A stretch of 63,346 bases of DNA, filler included, from Rhabdomonas costata (taxonomy: Eukaryota), in the NCBI GenBank assembly GCA_019059605.1. It is 53 parts of 53 records of this genome, joined end to end, with 100 filler letters (N's around TTAATTAATTAA, not from the genome) between each part and the next. Parts side by side here need not be neighbours in the genome. Positions count along the whole stretch, not along the records: positions 62,250 to 63,346 come from JAHMHO010028799.1; 52 more parts are not named here. One strand, 5' to 3'. Positions 62,736 to 63,346 of this stretch are shown here, one piece after another. How positions within the stretch are numbered: position 1 is the stretch's first letter; every line of letters starts with the position of its first letter. Below the pieces are notes generated by a model. That model saw nothing but the letters and a program-made list of their open reading frames with translations, ran no database searches and was not told where the DNA came from. The translations under genes and the position numbers were made by a program.

Positions 62736-63346
62736 TCATAAATTTCTTTTTGAGGTATTGCACGATAGACAACATAATTTGCAGTTGGATTTTGAATGGT
62801 AATCACTATTATTTATTCTATATACCGTTAGATTGCTATTTACTTTTGCGTCGACAAGCTCCATATCAAAATATTCTCCACATACATAACATTTAAACTC
62901 TTGGTCTGTTATCCATTGACGGTCTATATAGTCTTCAATGACTGCGTTCTTGTACGTAAGCTCATTGTGTTTGTTCTTTTTTATTCTACCTGCCGTAATA
63001 TCTTGAGTAACGTAGTTTTCAATCTTAAGGTCAAAGTATTGTCGAAATTTACACTTTTTTAAAATTTGACATTCTTTTTGCGAGTGTTCAAAAATTGTCA
63101 CCTGATCAAAATTGACGCATCTAGTAACTGCCGTATATATCCATCGTCTATCTGCATAAGCTATATTTGAATCAAATATGGTGTAGGGTTCACATATTGT
63201 CATTCCTTGGGCGGAATGAGCTGTACTACAGTAAGGCAAAGCCATATATTTTAGCTGGTCATAGTTGATAGTCATTTCATTGTCGTTGTTAATGCTTTTA
63301 ATTCTAATAATAAAATCGTCCTCAACTTTCGTAATTTTCAGAATCT
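62736..63346 (-). CDS. SF1B (Pif1/RecD-like) helicase C-terminus fused to an HNH-like Zn-finger nuclease domain; 5' truncated
   Basis: Frame is open to the window end. YCSTAHSAQGMT (motif V), WIYTAVTR (motif VI), then CYVC...LTVYRINNSDYHSKSNCKLCCLSCNTSK. Confidence 0.88.
   Translation of the reverse strand, partial: ILKITKVEDDFIIRIKSINNDNEMTINYDQLKYMALPYCSTAHSAQGMTICEPYTIFDSNIAYADRRWIYTAVTRCVNFDQVTIFEHSQKECQILKKCKFRQYFDLKIENYVTQDITAGRIKKNKHNELTYKNAVIEDYIDRQWITDQEFKCYVCGEYFDMELVDAKVNSNLTVYRINNSDYHSKSNCKLCCLSCNTSKRNL

Noticed and set aside
61053-63346. Linkage of UBA2 with the integrase/helicase element
   Set aside because: They lie on separate contigs joined by the artificial spacer, so the adjacency is meaningless.

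Overview
This is not a continuous locus. It is about 53 unrelated contigs of roughly 1.1 kb, joined by an artificial 100-nt spacer (N44-TTAATTAATTAA-N44), so nothing can be inferred across spacers. The DNA is eukaryotic: it has canonical GT-AG introns, microsatellites and many degenerate repeats. An IFT172 fragment indicates a flagellated or ciliated organism; a euglenid-like protist is my unproven guess. G/T-only contig starts, A/C-only contig ends and fold-back inverted repeats at contig ends point to whole-genome-amplification artefacts. Recognisable host gene fragments are a proteobacterial-type citrate synthase with a mitochondrial-like presequence, UPRT, GOSR1, a MAP2K, IFT172, UBA2, a GH20 hexosaminidase N-terminus, SPRY, EGF, PSI, thioredoxin-like and cyclase-like exons, and a secreted Cys-rich-peptide/stefin fusion. 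Mobile DNA includes an open Helitron RepHel fragment, two LINE RT remnants, a DIRS/Ngaro-like RT remnant and three dispersed repeat families. The final contig is AT-rich and intronless, with an SF1B helicase-HNH fusion directly upstream of a Polinton/virophage-type integrase; it is a candidate endogenous DNA virus. All family calls come from motif recognition by eye, and no database search was run.
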